DNA of 64,000 nucleotides, taken from NCBI GenBank assembly GCA_964561375.1, contig CAZLPK010000002.1, positions 7,106 to 71,105 on the forward strand, written 5' to 3'. Shown here in pieces: positions 29,880 to 40,048 of the stretch. This stretch comes from an uncultured Novosphingobium sp. Its GTDB lineage: Bacteria; Pseudomonadota; Alphaproteobacteria; Sphingomonadales; Sphingomonadaceae. Within the stretch, counting starts at the first letter, position 1. The number at the start of each line of letters is the position of its first letter. Below the pieces are notes generated by a model, which was given only the letters and a program-made list of their open reading frames with translations, was not told the origin of the DNA and searched no databases. The position numbers were made by a program, and so were the translations under genes.

Positions 29880-31187
29880 CTAGTCCGGAAACTCGCAGTT
29901 GCGACGCAGAACGTCGCCGGCAAGGTAGAGCGATCCTGCAATCAGGACGTTACCTTCAGGCGGCAGGGCGCTGAGAGCGGCTGCGACATCGGCATAGGCC
30001 TGCACCGGCAGATCGGCGTGAACCGCAATGTCCTCGGGCCGGTGCGCGTCGTGGCCGGGGGCCGGAACGACCGACAGGCTGAGCAGGTGAACTTTCAGCG
30101 GCGCGACAATCGCGGCAGGGTCCTTATTGGCCAGCATTCCGGTGATGAGGTGAAGCGGCGGCTGTTCTGCGAAGTGCCGGGCAATCGCCAGCCCCGCATC
30201 CGCATTGTGTCCACCGTCAAGCCAGACCTTGCGCCCCGGCACCAGCGCAGTCAGCGGCCCTTCGGCCAGGAGCTGCAACCGCGCGGGCCAGCGTGCTGCA
30301 CGGATTCCCTTGGCCATGGCTTCGGGCGAGACGGAAACTTTGCCTTGATGGCGCAGCATGGCCACGGCCAGCGCGGCATTTTCGGCCTGATGCTTTCCGG
30401 CAAGGGTGGGAAGGGGCAGTGTCAGTTCGCCGTTGCGGTCGCGATAGGCGATTTGCGTGCCAACATCGGCAAACCAGTCCAACCCTCGGATTGCGGTCTT
30501 CGCGCCGACTTTCATCGCGTGGTCGATCACGGTTTTGGTAACGTCCGCGGGATAGGCCTGCGTCACCAGCGGCACGCCTGCGCGGGCGATACCGGCTTTC
30601 TCAAAGGCGATGCGGCAGAGCGGTTCACTCGGCACGCCTTCTTCGGGCGCGAGGAGGAATTCCTTGTGGTCGATGCCCAGCGAAGCGATCCCGCAGGCTG
30701 CTTGTCCGTCCAGCACATTGGTCGCGTCAAACCGTCCGCCAAGGCCAACCTCGATCACGCAGGCGTCTGCCGGAATCCGGTGGAAGGCAAGGAAAGTCGC
30801 CGCCGTTGTTACTTCGAAGAAGCTGGGGCCAAGGTCTTCGCCCCGGTCCAGCACTTCCTGCAACAGGTCCGCCAGCAGATCGTCCGAAATCAGCTTTCCG
30901 GCGACCCGGATGCGTTCATTGTAGCGGACCAGATGCGGCTTGGTCGCGGAATGAACGGTCAGCCCTTCGGCTTCCAGCATTGCACGCAGGTAAGCGCAGG
31001 TGCTGCCCTTGCCATTGGTTCCGGCCACGTGAAAGACCGGCGGCAGCGCCTGATGCGGATTGCCGAGCCGGACCAGCAATTCGTGGATGACATCCAGCCC
31101 CAGCCGCCCGCTGGGCAGGCTTAGCGCGCCCAGCCGGTCCAGCTGCGCCTGGACCCGCGGATTGTCCGAGATGGCGAAGTCCTTCAC
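29880..31187 (-). CDS. folC: Folylpolyglutamate synthase/dihydrofolate synthase
   Basis: HVAGTNGKGST, PHLVRYNERI, EVGLGGRFDATN, WPARLQ, LDGGHN, GSLYLAG. Confidence 0.96.
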   Translation of the reverse strand: MKDFAISDNPRVQAQLDRLGALSLPSGRLGLDVIHELLVRLGNPHQALPPVFHVAGTNGKGSTCAYLRAMLEAEGLTVHSATKPHLVRYNERIRVAGKLISDDLLADLLQEVLDRGEDLGPSFFEVTTAATFLAFHRIPADACVIEVGLGGRFDATNVLDGQAACGIASLGIDHKEFLLAPEEGVPSEPLCRIAFEKAGIARAGVPLVTQAYPADVTKTVIDHAMKVGAKTAIRGLDWFADVGTQIAYRDRNGELTLPLPTLAGKHQAENAALAVAMLRHQGKVSVSPEAMAKGIRAARWPARLQLLAEGPLTALVPGRKVWLDGGHNADAGLAIARHFAEQPPLHLITGMLANKDPAAIVAPLKVHLLSLSVVPAPGHDAHRPEDIAVHADLPVQAYADVAAALSALPPEGNVLIAGSLYLAGDVLRRNCEFPD

Positions 31188-31194
31188 CGGCCGG

Positions 31195-32043
31195 TCAGGC
31201 CGCCTTGGCCGCCGTCAGGAAATCGAGCACGCTGGCCAGCTTGGCCTTCAGCTCGTGGCGGTGGACGACCATGTCGATCATGCCGTGTTCCAGCAGATAT
31301 TCCGCGCGCTGGAACCCTTCGGGCAGCTTTTCGCGAATCGTGTCCTGGATCACGCGCTGGCCGGCAAAGCCAATCAGGCAACCCGGTTCGGCAATGTGAA
31401 TGTCGCCCAGCATCGCATAGCTGGCCGTGACGCCGCCGGTGGTCGGATCGGTCAGGACCACAATATAGGGCAGGCCCGCCGCGTTGAGGCGGCGGATTGC
31501 CACGGTGGTCTTGGGCATCTGCATCAGGCTGAGAATGCCTTCCTGCATCCGCGCCCCGCCCGCAGCAGTGCAGATCACATAAGCGCACTTTTCCTTCAGC
31601 GCCTTGTCCGCCCCGGCCACGAAGGCAGCGCCTACGGCCATGCCCATCGATCCGCCCATGAAGGCAAAGTCCTGCACGCCCAGCACGACCTTGTGCCCGT
31701 CGATCTTGCCCAGGGCATTGGTCAGGGCATCGGGGTGCGGATTGGCGGCGCGGGCGGCTTTCAGCCGTTCCGGATATTTCTTCTGATCCTTGAACTTCAG
31801 CGGGTCTTCCTTGACCTTGGGCGTTTCAAGGATGGTGAACCCTGCGTCCAGCAGCTGGGCAAAGCGGGTGTCGGCACCGACGCGGCCATGGTGATCGCAG
31901 CGCGGGCAAACCGACTGGTTTTCCTCATACTCCTTGGTGAAGAGCATTTCCTTGCAGGAAGGGCACTTCGTCCAGAGATTATCAGGAGTGTCGCGCTTTT
32001 CCGTGAAGGGCAGCGCCTTGCGAACACGATCTAGCCAGCTCAT
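31195..32043 (-). CDS. accD: Acetyl-CoA carboxylase carboxyltransferase beta subunit
   Basis: LWTKCPSC...[30 protein letters not shown]. Confidence 0.97.
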   Translation of the reverse strand: MSWLDRVRKALPFTEKRDTPDNLWTKCPSCKEMLFTKEYEENQSVCPRCDHHGRVGADTRFAQLLDAGFTILETPKVKEDPLKFKDQKKYPERLKAARAANPHPDALTNALGKIDGHKVVLGVQDFAFMGGSMGMAVGAAFVAGADKALKEKCAYVICTAAGGARMQEGILSLMQMPKTTVAIRRLNAAGLPYIVVLTDPTTGGVTASYAMLGDIHIAEPGCLIGFAGQRVIQDTIREKLPEGFQRAEYLLEHGMIDMVVHRHELKAKLASVLDFLTAAKAA

Positions 32044-32840
32044 GCAAGTTCCCTAGCGGAATGGACGGCATCGGCAAGCGCCTTGGTCAGTTCACGCACA
32101 GGTCCGGCAGCATTGGCACCATGTTGGCTGACCAGATCGACCAGCGCCGATCCGACCACCACGCCGTCCGCGACCTTGGCAAAGGCTGAGGCCTGTTCCG
32201 GCGTGCGCACGCCAAAGCCGACTGCGACCGGGATCGTCGCCTTGGCCTTGATCCGGGCCATGGCTTCTTCGATCGAGCCGACTGCGGCCTGCTGCATGCC
32301 CGTAATCCCGGCGACCGAGACGTAATAGAGGAAGCCGGACGACCCTTCGAGCACGGCGGGCAGGCGTGCGTCATCCGTGGTCGGGGTGGCAAGGCGGATC
32401 GGGGATACGCCAGCGGCGCGCAGGGCCGGGCCGAGTTCGGGGTCTTCCTCGGGCGGAATGTCGACGCAGATCACGCCGTCCACCCCGGCCTTGCGGCATT
32501 CCTCGGCAAACCATTCCGGGCCGCGAATGGTCATCGGATTGGCATAGCCCATCAGGACCAGCGGCACGTCCGGATGGCGCGCGCGGAAATCGGCGGCAAT
32601 GCGGAACAGGTCCGCCGTCTTGGTGCCTGCACCCAGACTGCGCAGGTTTGCGGCCTGAATTGCCGGGCCATCGGCCATCGGATCGGTGAAGGGCATGCCC
32701 AGTTCGATCACGTCCGCGCCACCTTCGACCAGCGCGTCAAGGATTGCGGGCGTGGCCTCCGGATTCGGATCGCCACCGGTGATGAAGGTGACGAGGGCCG
32801 GGCGCCCCTTGGCGAAGGCAGCGGAAAGGCGCGCGGTCAC
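32040..32840 (-). CDS. trpA: Tryptophan synthase alpha chain
   Basis: [46 protein letters not shown]. Confidence 0.97.
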   Translation of the reverse strand: MTARLSAAFAKGRPALVTFITGGDPNPEATPAILDALVEGGADVIELGMPFTDPMADGPAIQAANLRSLGAGTKTADLFRIAADFRARHPDVPLVLMGYANPMTIRGPEWFAEECRKAGVDGVICVDIPPEEDPELGPALRAAGVSPIRLATPTTDDARLPAVLEGSSGFLYYVSVAGITGMQQAAVGSIEEAMARIKAKATIPVAVGFGVRTPEQASAFAKVADGVVVGSALVDLVSQHGANAAGPVRELTKALADAVHSARELA

Positions 32841-34087
32841 AGCTTTACTCCCAGATGCTCGGCAACCGAGAAGATGTCCTTGTCGCCGCGGCCGCAGAGG
32901 TTGACCAGGATCACGCTGTCCTTCGGCATGGTCGGCGCCACCTTCATCACAGCGGCAATGGCGTGGCTCGGCTCCAGAGCGGGGATGATCCCTTCGGTGC
33001 GGCAGAGCAGCTGGAAGCCGGACAGGGCCTCGTCATCGGTGACGCTGGTGTAAGTGACGCGGCCAATGTCGCGCAGCCAGGCGTGTTCCGGCCCGATGCC
33101 CGGATAGTCGAGACCGGCGCTGATCGAGTGGCCTTCGACGATCTGGCCGTCTTCATCCTGCAACAGGTAGGTCTTGTTGCCATGAAGGATGCCGGGGCGA
33201 CCACCCGCGAGCGAGGCGGCGTGTTCCTTGTCGAGGCCATGGCCGGCCGCTTCGACGCCGAGCATCTTTACATCCGCATCGTCGAGGAACGGGTGGAACA
33301 GGCCGATGGCATTGCTGCCGCCGCCGATGGCCGCGACCAGCAGGTCGGGCAGGCGGCCGGTGCGCTTCAGCATCTGGGCGCGGGCTTCCTTGCCGATCAC
33401 GCTTTGGAAATCGCGGACCAGTTCGGGATAGGGGTGCGGACCGGCAGCCGTGCCGATGATGTAGAAAGTGTCGTGAACATTGGCGACCCAATCGCGCAGC
33501 GCCTCGTTCATCGCGTCCTTCAGCGTCGCCGCGCCAGCCGTGACCGGCACGACTTCCGCGCCGAGCAGCTTCATGCGGAACACGTTGGGTGCCTGACGCG
33601 CTACGTCGGTCGCGCCCATGTAGACCACGCAGGGCAGGCCAAAACGGGCGCAGACCGTGGCGGTGGCCACGCCGTGCTGACCGGCGCCGGTTTCGGCAAT
33701 GATGCGGGTCTTGCCCATGCGGATCGCCAGCAGGATCTGGCCGATGCAATTGTTGATCTTGTGCGCGCCGGTGTGGTTCAGTTCGTCGCGCTTGAACCAG
33801 ATCTGCGCGCCGCCCCCCGGATTCCCTTGGGAATCCGCCATCCTGCGAATCTCTTCGGTCAAGCGCGGCGCGAAATAGAGCGGGCTGGGCCGGCCGACGT
33901 AATGTTCCAGCAGATCGTCAAATTCTGCCTGGAATGCGGGATCAACCTTGGCCGCGTTATATTCGCGCTCAAGGTCAAGGATCAGCGGCATCAGCGTTTC
34001 GGCGACATAGCGCCCGCCGAATTGTCCGAAATGGCCGCGTTCATCGGGCTGGTTGCGAAAGGAATTCGCTGTCGGGTTTGCAGTCAT
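32837..34087 (-). CDS. trpB: Tryptophan synthase beta chain
   Basis: [38 protein letters not shown]. Confidence 0.98.
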   Translation of the reverse strand: MTANPTANSFRNQPDERGHFGQFGGRYVAETLMPLILDLEREYNAAKVDPAFQAEFDDLLEHYVGRPSPLYFAPRLTEEIRRMADSQGNPGGGAQIWFKRDELNHTGAHKINNCIGQILLAIRMGKTRIIAETGAGQHGVATATVCARFGLPCVVYMGATDVARQAPNVFRMKLLGAEVVPVTAGAATLKDAMNEALRDWVANVHDTFYIIGTAAGPHPYPELVRDFQSVIGKEARAQMLKRTGRLPDLLVAAIGGGSNAIGLFHPFLDDADVKMLGVEAAGHGLDKEHAASLAGGRPGILHGNKTYLLQDEDGQIVEGHSISAGLDYPGIGPEHAWLRDIGRVTYTSVTDDEALSGFQLLCRTEGIIPALEPSHAIAAVMKVAPTMPKDSVILVNLCGRGDKDIFSVAEHLGVKL

Positions 34088-34319
34088 GATGGCTCTGCGC
34101 TTGGCAGAGCAAGCCCGCGAAGTCCAGCCTTGCCGCAGCGTCCGATGGGGAAGGATTGAATCACGATCATACGTTATGAAGCAGCTATATGTTGTAAATT
34201 AGCAACATAAAATCAGCTTTGTGTTATTTCTGAACGTTCAGTTCATGGGGGCGCAAGCTGACGGTTCCTACCTAGCACCTCGACCCCTGTACCGGGGCTG
34301 AATCGCAAAGGAGTTTCAC

Positions 34320-34781
34320 ATGCGTAAGATCGTCCTCCCCCTGCTCGCCTCGCTGGCCCTCGCTTCGCCTGCTCTGGCCAACGAAACCCGCGTCGAAGCA
34401 CGCGGCGGCGTGATCTGGTCGAACGGCACCAGCGAAGACACCTGGGGCGCTGCCGTGGGTTATGACTTTGACCTGGCCCCGAACACGTTTGCCGGTGTGG
34501 AATTCTCCGGCGACAAGATCGGGGCTGACGGCACCAAGGTCGCCTTTGGCGCGACCGGCCGTCTGGGGATCAAGGCTGGCACGGGCACCGCGCTTTACGG
34601 TGCTGGCGGCTATACCACCGAGACCTGCGACGCCTGTGAAGGCCAGTGGCACCTGGGCGCCGGTGTCGAGCAGAAGATCTCTGGCCCGTTCTATGTGAAG
34701 GCCGAATACCGCCACCACTTCAAGAACGACGTTGTCGCCAGCAGCGACACGGTTCTGGGCGGTGTCGGCGTAAAGTTCTGA
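34320..34781 (+). CDS. Small outer-membrane beta-barrel protein (8-strand OMP-like)
   Basis: Signal peptide ending in PALA, GYDFD, alternating strands, C-terminal GVGVKF; AAGGAG SD. Confidence 0.82.
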   Translation: MRKIVLPLLASLALASPALANETRVEARGGVIWSNGTSEDTWGAAVGYDFDLAPNTFAGVEFSGDKIGADGTKVAFGATGRLGIKAGTGTALYGAGGYTTETCDACEGQWHLGAGVEQKISGPFYVKAEYRHHFKNDVVASSDTVLGGVGVKF

Positions 34782-34807
34782 TCGGCAAGATCGGAAAGCA
34801 CCGAGTG

Positions 34808-34838
34808 GAGGGCGGCCCGGCAACGGGTCGCCCTTTTT
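34808..34838 (+). terminator. Terminator between the OMP gene and trpF
   Basis: AGGGCGGCCCG-GCAA-CGGGTCGCCCT followed by T run. Confidence 0.8.
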
Positions 34839-34840
34839 CG

Positions 34841-35485
34841 TTATGCGCTGATCGCTGCCGCGCAGAAGGCTGCGATCAGGCCTGCATCCTTCACGCCGGG
34901 TGCGCTTTCCACGCCAGAGGCCGTATCGACCAGGGGGGCGCCCGTCTTGCGCACCGCCTCGGCAACATTGTTGGGGGAAAGGCCGCCTGCAAGGCCCCAG
35001 GGTAGCGCCGATTTCCAGCCGCTTAGCAGGTTCCAGTCAAAGTTCAGGCCCATGCCGCCGGGCAGCGTGCCCTTGGGCGTCTTGGCATCCAGCAGCAGGA
35101 AATCCGCCGCACCGGCATAGCTTTCTGCGCGGTTCAGGTCCTCGCGGGCCGAAACGGAGAGCACTTTCCATACCGGCAGGCCAAAACGAGCCTTGGCCTG
35201 GGCCACGCGCTCCGCGCTTTCGCTGCCGTGAAATTGCAGGGCGTCAAGCGGGGAGGCGGCCAGTGTCTCGGTTAGAAAGGCATCGTCGGCATCGACGAAA
35301 ACGCCCACGCGGATCACTCGCCCTGCCGCCTGCTGCGAAAGCTGGGCGGCCAGTTGCGGCGCGGCAAAGCGAGGGGAGGGCGGAAAGAAGTTGAAACCGA
35401 TATGACTCGCCCGGGCAGCAATTGCCGCTTCGAGCGAGTCGGTGGAATTGATTCCGCAAATCTTGATCTTGGTGCCGGCAGCCAT
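34841..35485 (-). CDS. trpF: Phosphoribosylanthranilate isomerase
   Basis: KIKICGI, GFNFFPPSPR, VGVFVD, LQFHGSE, LAGGL, VDTASGVE. Confidence 0.96.
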   Translation of the reverse strand: MAAGTKIKICGINSTDSLEAAIAARASHIGFNFFPPSPRFAAPQLAAQLSQQAAGRVIRVGVFVDADDAFLTETLAASPLDALQFHGSESAERVAQAKARFGLPVWKVLSVSAREDLNRAESYAGAADFLLLDAKTPKGTLPGGMGLNFDWNLLSGWKSALPWGLAGGLSPNNVAEAVRKTGAPLVDTASGVESAPGVKDAGLIAAFCAAAISA

Positions 35486-35509
35486 TCCGGCCGCCTAGCG
35501 CGCGTCGGT

Positions 35510-36256
35510 TCAGGGCGCCAGTTCGAACTGCACGCTGACATTCACTTCCGCTTCAACCTCACCCAAGGCAATCGGGGTAGGGGCAGCGGCCATTTCGGCC
35601 TTCAGTGCGCGGGCGTACATCGGCTGTGGCGAAGCAAAACCGCCACTTTCGCTGATCGAAACGATGCGGACCACGCGCAGACCGGCGGCCTTGGCGTAAA
35701 GGTCGGCGCGGGCGCGGACGTTCTTCATCGCGTCCAGCCGCGCCTCGTCCATCGCGGCCGCAGGCTCTGCGATCTGGAACGAAGGCCCGTTCACCTGATT
35801 GGCGCCCGATGCAACAAGGGCGTCGAGCACTTTGCCGAAGCCAGTAACATTCCGGCTGCGGATCGAGACATTGTTGACCGCCTGATAGCCGGTAATGCGC
35901 GGTTCCTGACGTGGCATTCCGTTGGGGCCATATTCGGGCTGGCTGTAGACCGGGTTCAGGCTGATCTGGCTGGTCTGAATGTCCTTGTCGGCAATGCCCG
36001 CCTTTTTCAGCGTCGCGATCACGCGGTTCATCGTCGCAGAATTGGCCGAAAGGGCTTCGCTTGCCGTGGTGCCCTGGGTCACGACACCGGCGCTGAACAC
36101 GGCAAGATCAGGCGTGCGGATCGATTTGCCCTGCGCAGTCAGGGACAGCAGGGTGGAAGTGGCGGCAATGCCTGAAAGCCCAGTCTGGGCCTGCGCCGCA
36201 GTGGGCAGGGCCATGGTCAGGGCAAGCGGGGCAAGAAGAAACTTTATCGATTTCAT
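35510..36256 (-). CDS. SIMPL (DUF541) domain periplasmic protein
   Basis: Signal peptide; PDLA, GIADKDIQT, GYQAVN, GANQVNGPSF, ARADLYAKAAG. Confidence 0.88.
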   Translation of the reverse strand: MKSIKFLLAPLALTMALPTAAQAQTGLSGIAATSTLLSLTAQGKSIRTPDLAVFSAGVVTQGTTASEALSANSATMNRVIATLKKAGIADKDIQTSQISLNPVYSQPEYGPNGMPRQEPRITGYQAVNNVSIRSRNVTGFGKVLDALVASGANQVNGPSFQIAEPAAAMDEARLDAMKNVRARADLYAKAAGLRVVRIVSISESGGFASPQPMYARALKAEMAAAPTPIALGEVEAEVNVSVQFELAP

Positions 36257-36333
36257 GGCACTGTCTCCTGTGCGTCTGCCCCGCTGCTAGTCCCGGTCAG
36301 ATTGCCCCCACCTTAATGACAAGCATATGAATA

Positions 36334-37011
36334 TCAAAGGGTCGCTTCGATCGCGCGGGCCGCGGCAGCCGGATCTTCGGCGCGGGCAATCGGGCGACCG
36401 ATCACCAGCACGCTGGCCCCGGCATCGCGGGCCTGACGCGGCGTGACGGCGCGCTTCTGGTCGCCCAGAGCGGCATCGGCGGGACGCAGACCCGGAACGA
36501 CGAGGAAACCGTCGCGCCACATGGCATGGACCGCGCCAACTTCGTGGCCAGAGCAGACGATCCCGTCCAGCCCCGAATCGCGCGCCAGTTCCGCCAGACG
36601 CATCACCTGATCGTGCGGCTGCCCGGCAATGCCGGTGGCGGCCATGTCGCTGTCATCGAGGCTGGTCAGCAGAGTGACGCCAACGACTTTGCAGTTTTCC
36701 CCTGCCGCAGCCTTGGCATCTTCCATCATCGCGCGCCCGCCAGCGGCATGGACCGTGACGATGGCCGGCTCCAGCACGTGGATCGCCTGCATGGCCCCGG
36801 CAACAGTATTAGGAATGTCGTGTAGCTTCAGATCGAGGAAGATCGGCAGGCCCAGCTTGTGCACTTCGTGGACACCGTGGTGGCCATGGGCGCAGAAGAA
36901 TTCCAGTCCCAGCTTTACCCCGCCGATGTGGGCCTTGGCCTTTTCAGCAACGGTAATGGCCGTTTCGAGACGGGGGAAATCGAGTGCGAGATAGATCGGA
37001 TTGGTGCTCAT
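36334..37011 (-). CDS. pyrF: Orotidine-5'-phosphate decarboxylase
   Basis: LALD, KLGLE, FLDLKLHDIPNTV, VPGLRP, GDQKR, VIGRPI. Confidence 0.97.
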   Translation of the reverse strand: MSTNPIYLALDFPRLETAITVAEKAKAHIGGVKLGLEFFCAHGHHGVHEVHKLGLPIFLDLKLHDIPNTVAGAMQAIHVLEPAIVTVHAAGGRAMMEDAKAAAGENCKVVGVTLLTSLDDSDMAATGIAGQPHDQVMRLAELARDSGLDGIVCSGHEVGAVHAMWRDGFLVVPGLRPADAALGDQKRAVTPRQARDAGASVLVIGRPIARAEDPAAAARAIEATL

Positions 37012-37343
37012 AGCGGGGTTGCCGGCGGCTCCTCACGGGCTTCAAGTTGAGTGGAAGTGGCAATGGCCGTCGGTTGCGACTGGCTGGCCGACTTTAGCGT
37101 GTTTTCAAGAAAGGTGATGCGGCGATTGAGCCGCCAGCGTGCGCCCTTGTGCAGCAGCCACATCGGAATGAAGCCCACGGCAATCGACACCAGCACGATG
37201 AAGCCGACCGGCCATTCAAAGTGGACGTAATTTCCGTCCTGCAGCGGCCACAGATTCAGCGGCACGGATTGCCAGTTGATCGCAACGAAGGCCACCAGGG
37301 CAATCGTGACGATAAGCAGCAAAAGGGTGCGGATCAGTTGCAT
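37008..37343 (-). CDS. LapA/DUF1049-like small membrane protein
   Basis: Two TM segments (FVAINWQSV) followed by a basic region; ATGA overlap with pyrF. Confidence 0.7.
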   Translation of the reverse strand: MQLIRTLLLLIVTIALVAFVAINWQSVPLNLWPLQDGNYVHFEWPVGFIVLVSIAVGFIPMWLLHKGARWRLNRRITFLENTLKSASQSQPTAIATSTQLEAREEPPATPL

Positions 37344-37362
37344 GGGGCTTCTTCCTATCGCC

Positions 37363-38355
37363 TCAACGGCTTGTGGCTGCGACGTTAGGCTGATTGGCGG
37401 GTGAAGGGAAGGGCTTGGACAGGAACGCATCAAGATCGGCTGCCGTGCGATCCGGCGCTTCCTCCATCGGAATGTGGCCGATGCCGGGATAGATGATCCT
37501 GATCGAACCGGGAATGCGCGCGGCAAACCAGTCTGCCCCGCTGACCGGGATCAGCTTGTCCTCGGCGCCCCACAGGATCAGCGTCGGCGTAGTGATCTGG
37601 CCTAGTGCGCCCACATTGCGGGCGCGATTGGCATATTGGGCAAAGCGCGCCCCGGTTGCCGCCCGGTTGCCCGGATAGCGGTTCAATTCCCAATAGCGGT
37701 CGATCATTTCAGGCGTGACGATCGATTGATTGGCAACCGAGCCGTGCAGCGATTTTTCAAAGACCGAGCGCGGGGTGATGACCTGAGCCAGCTTGCTGAT
37801 CCCCGGCATCCGGGCAATGCGAAAGCCGATGGGCAGATCCTTGTTCGGATCGTCTGGCGGGCCGGCAGCGTCGATCAGGATCAGGTGGGTCAGCTTGCCC
37901 GGATAGGCCAGGGCATATTCCCATGCGACATAGCCGCCCATCGAGTTGCCCGCCAAGGCAAAGCGATTGACGCCCAGCTTGCCCAGCAACGTATTAAGCG
38001 TCCCGACAAAAGCCAGCCCATCATATTGCCCGGTCGGATTGGGGCCAGTCAGGCCATGGCCGATCTGGTCAAGGCTGATGATCCGGTATTTGCCCTTTAG
38101 GCGCTCGACCAGCGGCTCCCACGTATGGAGCGAGGCATTCGAGCCGTGGAGCAGGACGAGGACCGGGCCATCCGGCTTGCCCTCGTCGCGGACATGCATG
38201 GCCAGACCGCCGCCAACCGCAACGAATTTCGACGCGGGTGAGGCGTACTTGGCCCGCATCGCGGCGGGGTCGGTATCCGGCGTATAACCAAGGGCAAGCA
38301 GGGCGATTATCGCGATCAGCAGCAGGCTGCCGATCCATTTGAACAGCTTCTTCAC
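37363..38355 (-). CDS. Alpha/beta-fold hydrolase with N-terminal anchor
   Basis: LLHGSN, GHGLTG, GNSMGG nucleophile elbow, WGAEDKLIP, GHIPMEE; AAGGAGG SD before GTG. Confidence 0.9.
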   Translation of the reverse strand: MKKLFKWIGSLLLIAIIALLALGYTPDTDPAAMRAKYASPASKFVAVGGGLAMHVRDEGKPDGPVLVLLHGSNASLHTWEPLVERLKGKYRIISLDQIGHGLTGPNPTGQYDGLAFVGTLNTLLGKLGVNRFALAGNSMGGYVAWEYALAYPGKLTHLILIDAAGPPDDPNKDLPIGFRIARMPGISKLAQVITPRSVFEKSLHGSVANQSIVTPEMIDRYWELNRYPGNRAATGARFAQYANRARNVGALGQITTPTLILWGAEDKLIPVSGADWFAARIPGSIRIIYPGIGHIPMEEAPDRTAADLDAFLSKPFPSPANQPNVAATSR

Positions 38356-38367
38356 CTGCCCCTCCTT

Positions 38368-38452
38368 CGTCACCCCGGGCTTCACCCGTGGTCCAGATCG
38401 CCAGCGGCAGTGCTATGCCGTTGCTGGTCGCCGGAACAAGTCCGGGGCAACG
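38368..38452. repeat. Divergent CGTC-tagged doublet (family C variant)
   Basis: CGTCACCCCGGGCTTCACCCGTGGTCCA...TGGTCGCCGGAACAAGTCCGGGGCAACG. Confidence 0.65.
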
Positions 38453-38469
38453 GCATACGGAAAGTCCGC

Positions 38470-39786
38470 TTACTCCCCGAAAACGCGGGCGAAGATCGTG
38501 TCGATTGCCTTGAAGTGGTAATCGAGGTTGAACTTCTCTTCCAGTTCCGCCGGCGACAGGGCCGCAGTGACTTCCGGATCAGCCTTGAGCAGTTCGAGCA
38601 GGTTGAGCTGGCCGTCGCTTTCCCAGACCTTCATCGCATTGCGCTGAACCAAGCGGTAGGCGGCGTCACGCTCCAGCCCGGCCTGGGTCAGGGCGAGCAG
38701 AACGCGCTGGGAGTGGACGAGGCCACCCATCTTGTCGAGATTCTTCTGCATCCGTTCTGGATAGACGACCAGCTTGTCGACCACGCTGGTCAGACGGGCC
38801 AGGGCAAAGTCGAGCGTGATGGTCGCGTCCGGACCGATGAAACGCTCAACCGACGAGTGTGAAATATCGCGCTCATGCCACAGCGCCACGTTTTCCAGCG
38901 CCGGGGTTACGGCAGAGCGGACCATGCGGGCCAGACCGGTCAGGTTTTCGGTCAGCACCGGGTTGCGCTTATGCGGCATGGCCGAGCTGCCCTTCTGGCC
39001 GGGCGAGAAGTATTCTTCCGCTTCCAGCACTTCGGTGCGCTGTAGATGGCGGATTTCCACGGCAAGGCGCTCGATCGAGCTGGCGATCACGCCCAGCGTG
39101 GCAAAGAACATGGCGTGGCGGTCACGCGGGATCACCTGGGTGCTGACCGGTTCCGGCTTCAGGCCAAGCTTGTCCGCGACATATTCTTCAACCGAAGGGT
39201 CGATATTGGCAAAGGTGCCAACCGCACCGGAAATGGCGCAAGTGGCGATTTCTTCGCGCGCAGCGATCAGGCGGGTCTTGCAGCGGCTGAATTCGGCAAA
39301 GGCTTCGGCCAGCTTCTTGCCGAACGTCGTCGGCTCGGCATGAATGCCGTGGCTGCGGCCAATGGTCGGGGTGTACTTGTGCTCCAGCGCGCGGCGCTTG
39401 ATCGCGGCGAGCAGGTCATCAAGGTCAGCCAGCAGCAGGTCTGCGGCGCGGGCCAGCTGCACGGCCAAAGTGGTGTCCAGCACGTCGCTGCTGGTCATGC
39501 CCTGGTGCATGAAGCGCGCTTCCGGGCCGACCTGCTGGGCCACCCAATCTAGGAACGCGATCACGTCGTGCTTGGTCACGGCCTCGATTGCGTCAATCGC
39601 GGCAACGTCGATGGCGGGATTGGTTGCCCACCAGTCCCACAGCGCCTTGGCGCCGCTTGGCGGGACAACGCCCAGTTCGCCCAGCTTTTCGGTGGCGTGG
39701 GCTTCGATCTCGAACCAGATGCGATAGCGTGCTTCCGGCTCCCAGATCGCGGTCATGGCGGGGCGGGCATAGCGGGGGACCATCAT
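38470..39786 (-). CDS. purB: Adenylosuccinate lyase
   Basis: MVPRY, TKHDVIAF, HQGMTSSD, GRSHGIHAEP, GSSAMPHKRNP. Confidence 0.97.
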   Translation of the reverse strand: MMVPRYARPAMTAIWEPEARYRIWFEIEAHATEKLGELGVVPPSGAKALWDWWATNPAIDVAAIDAIEAVTKHDVIAFLDWVAQQVGPEARFMHQGMTSSDVLDTTLAVQLARAADLLLADLDDLLAAIKRRALEHKYTPTIGRSHGIHAEPTTFGKKLAEAFAEFSRCKTRLIAAREEIATCAISGAVGTFANIDPSVEEYVADKLGLKPEPVSTQVIPRDRHAMFFATLGVIASSIERLAVEIRHLQRTEVLEAEEYFSPGQKGSSAMPHKRNPVLTENLTGLARMVRSAVTPALENVALWHERDISHSSVERFIGPDATITLDFALARLTSVVDKLVVYPERMQKNLDKMGGLVHSQRVLLALTQAGLERDAAYRLVQRNAMKVWESDGQLNLLELLKADPEVTAALSPAELEEKFNLDYHFKAIDTIFARVFGE

Positions 39787-39870
39787 CGACTCCTTGGACT
39801 GGTTGCGCCTGCCGCTAGGGGGCGGGGGCCGGAATGGCAAGGGCTGAGCAGTTGCTTTAGTGGCCATAGG

Positions 39871-40040
39871 CTTCGACAAGCTCAGCCTGAGCGGGGGGTG
39901 AGCTTCCGCCATTCGTCATCCCCGGCTTGACCGGGGACCGCTGGAGTGTTGGCACGTCTTTAGCGGCCTGCGATCCCCGCTTTCGCGGGGATGACGTTGG
40001 TTTTAAGCACCAATCCCCCCTCACCCTGAGCCTGTCGAAG
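39871..40040. repeat. Nested repeat cluster: family-A pair enclosing family-C doublet copy 3 (39914-39996)
   Basis: CTTCGACAAGCTCAGCCTGAGCGG ... CGTCATCCCCGGCTTGACCGGGGACC-N32-GATCCCCGCTTTCGCGGGGATGACG ... CCCCTCACCCTGAGCCTGTCGAAG. Confidence 0.88.
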
Positions 40041-40048
40041 GGGCTTGC

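Noticed and set aside
36317-36330. TGA-N8-TGA (CenR-like) site upstream of the SIMPL gene
   Set aside because: Only six informative bases; too likely by chance without comparative support.
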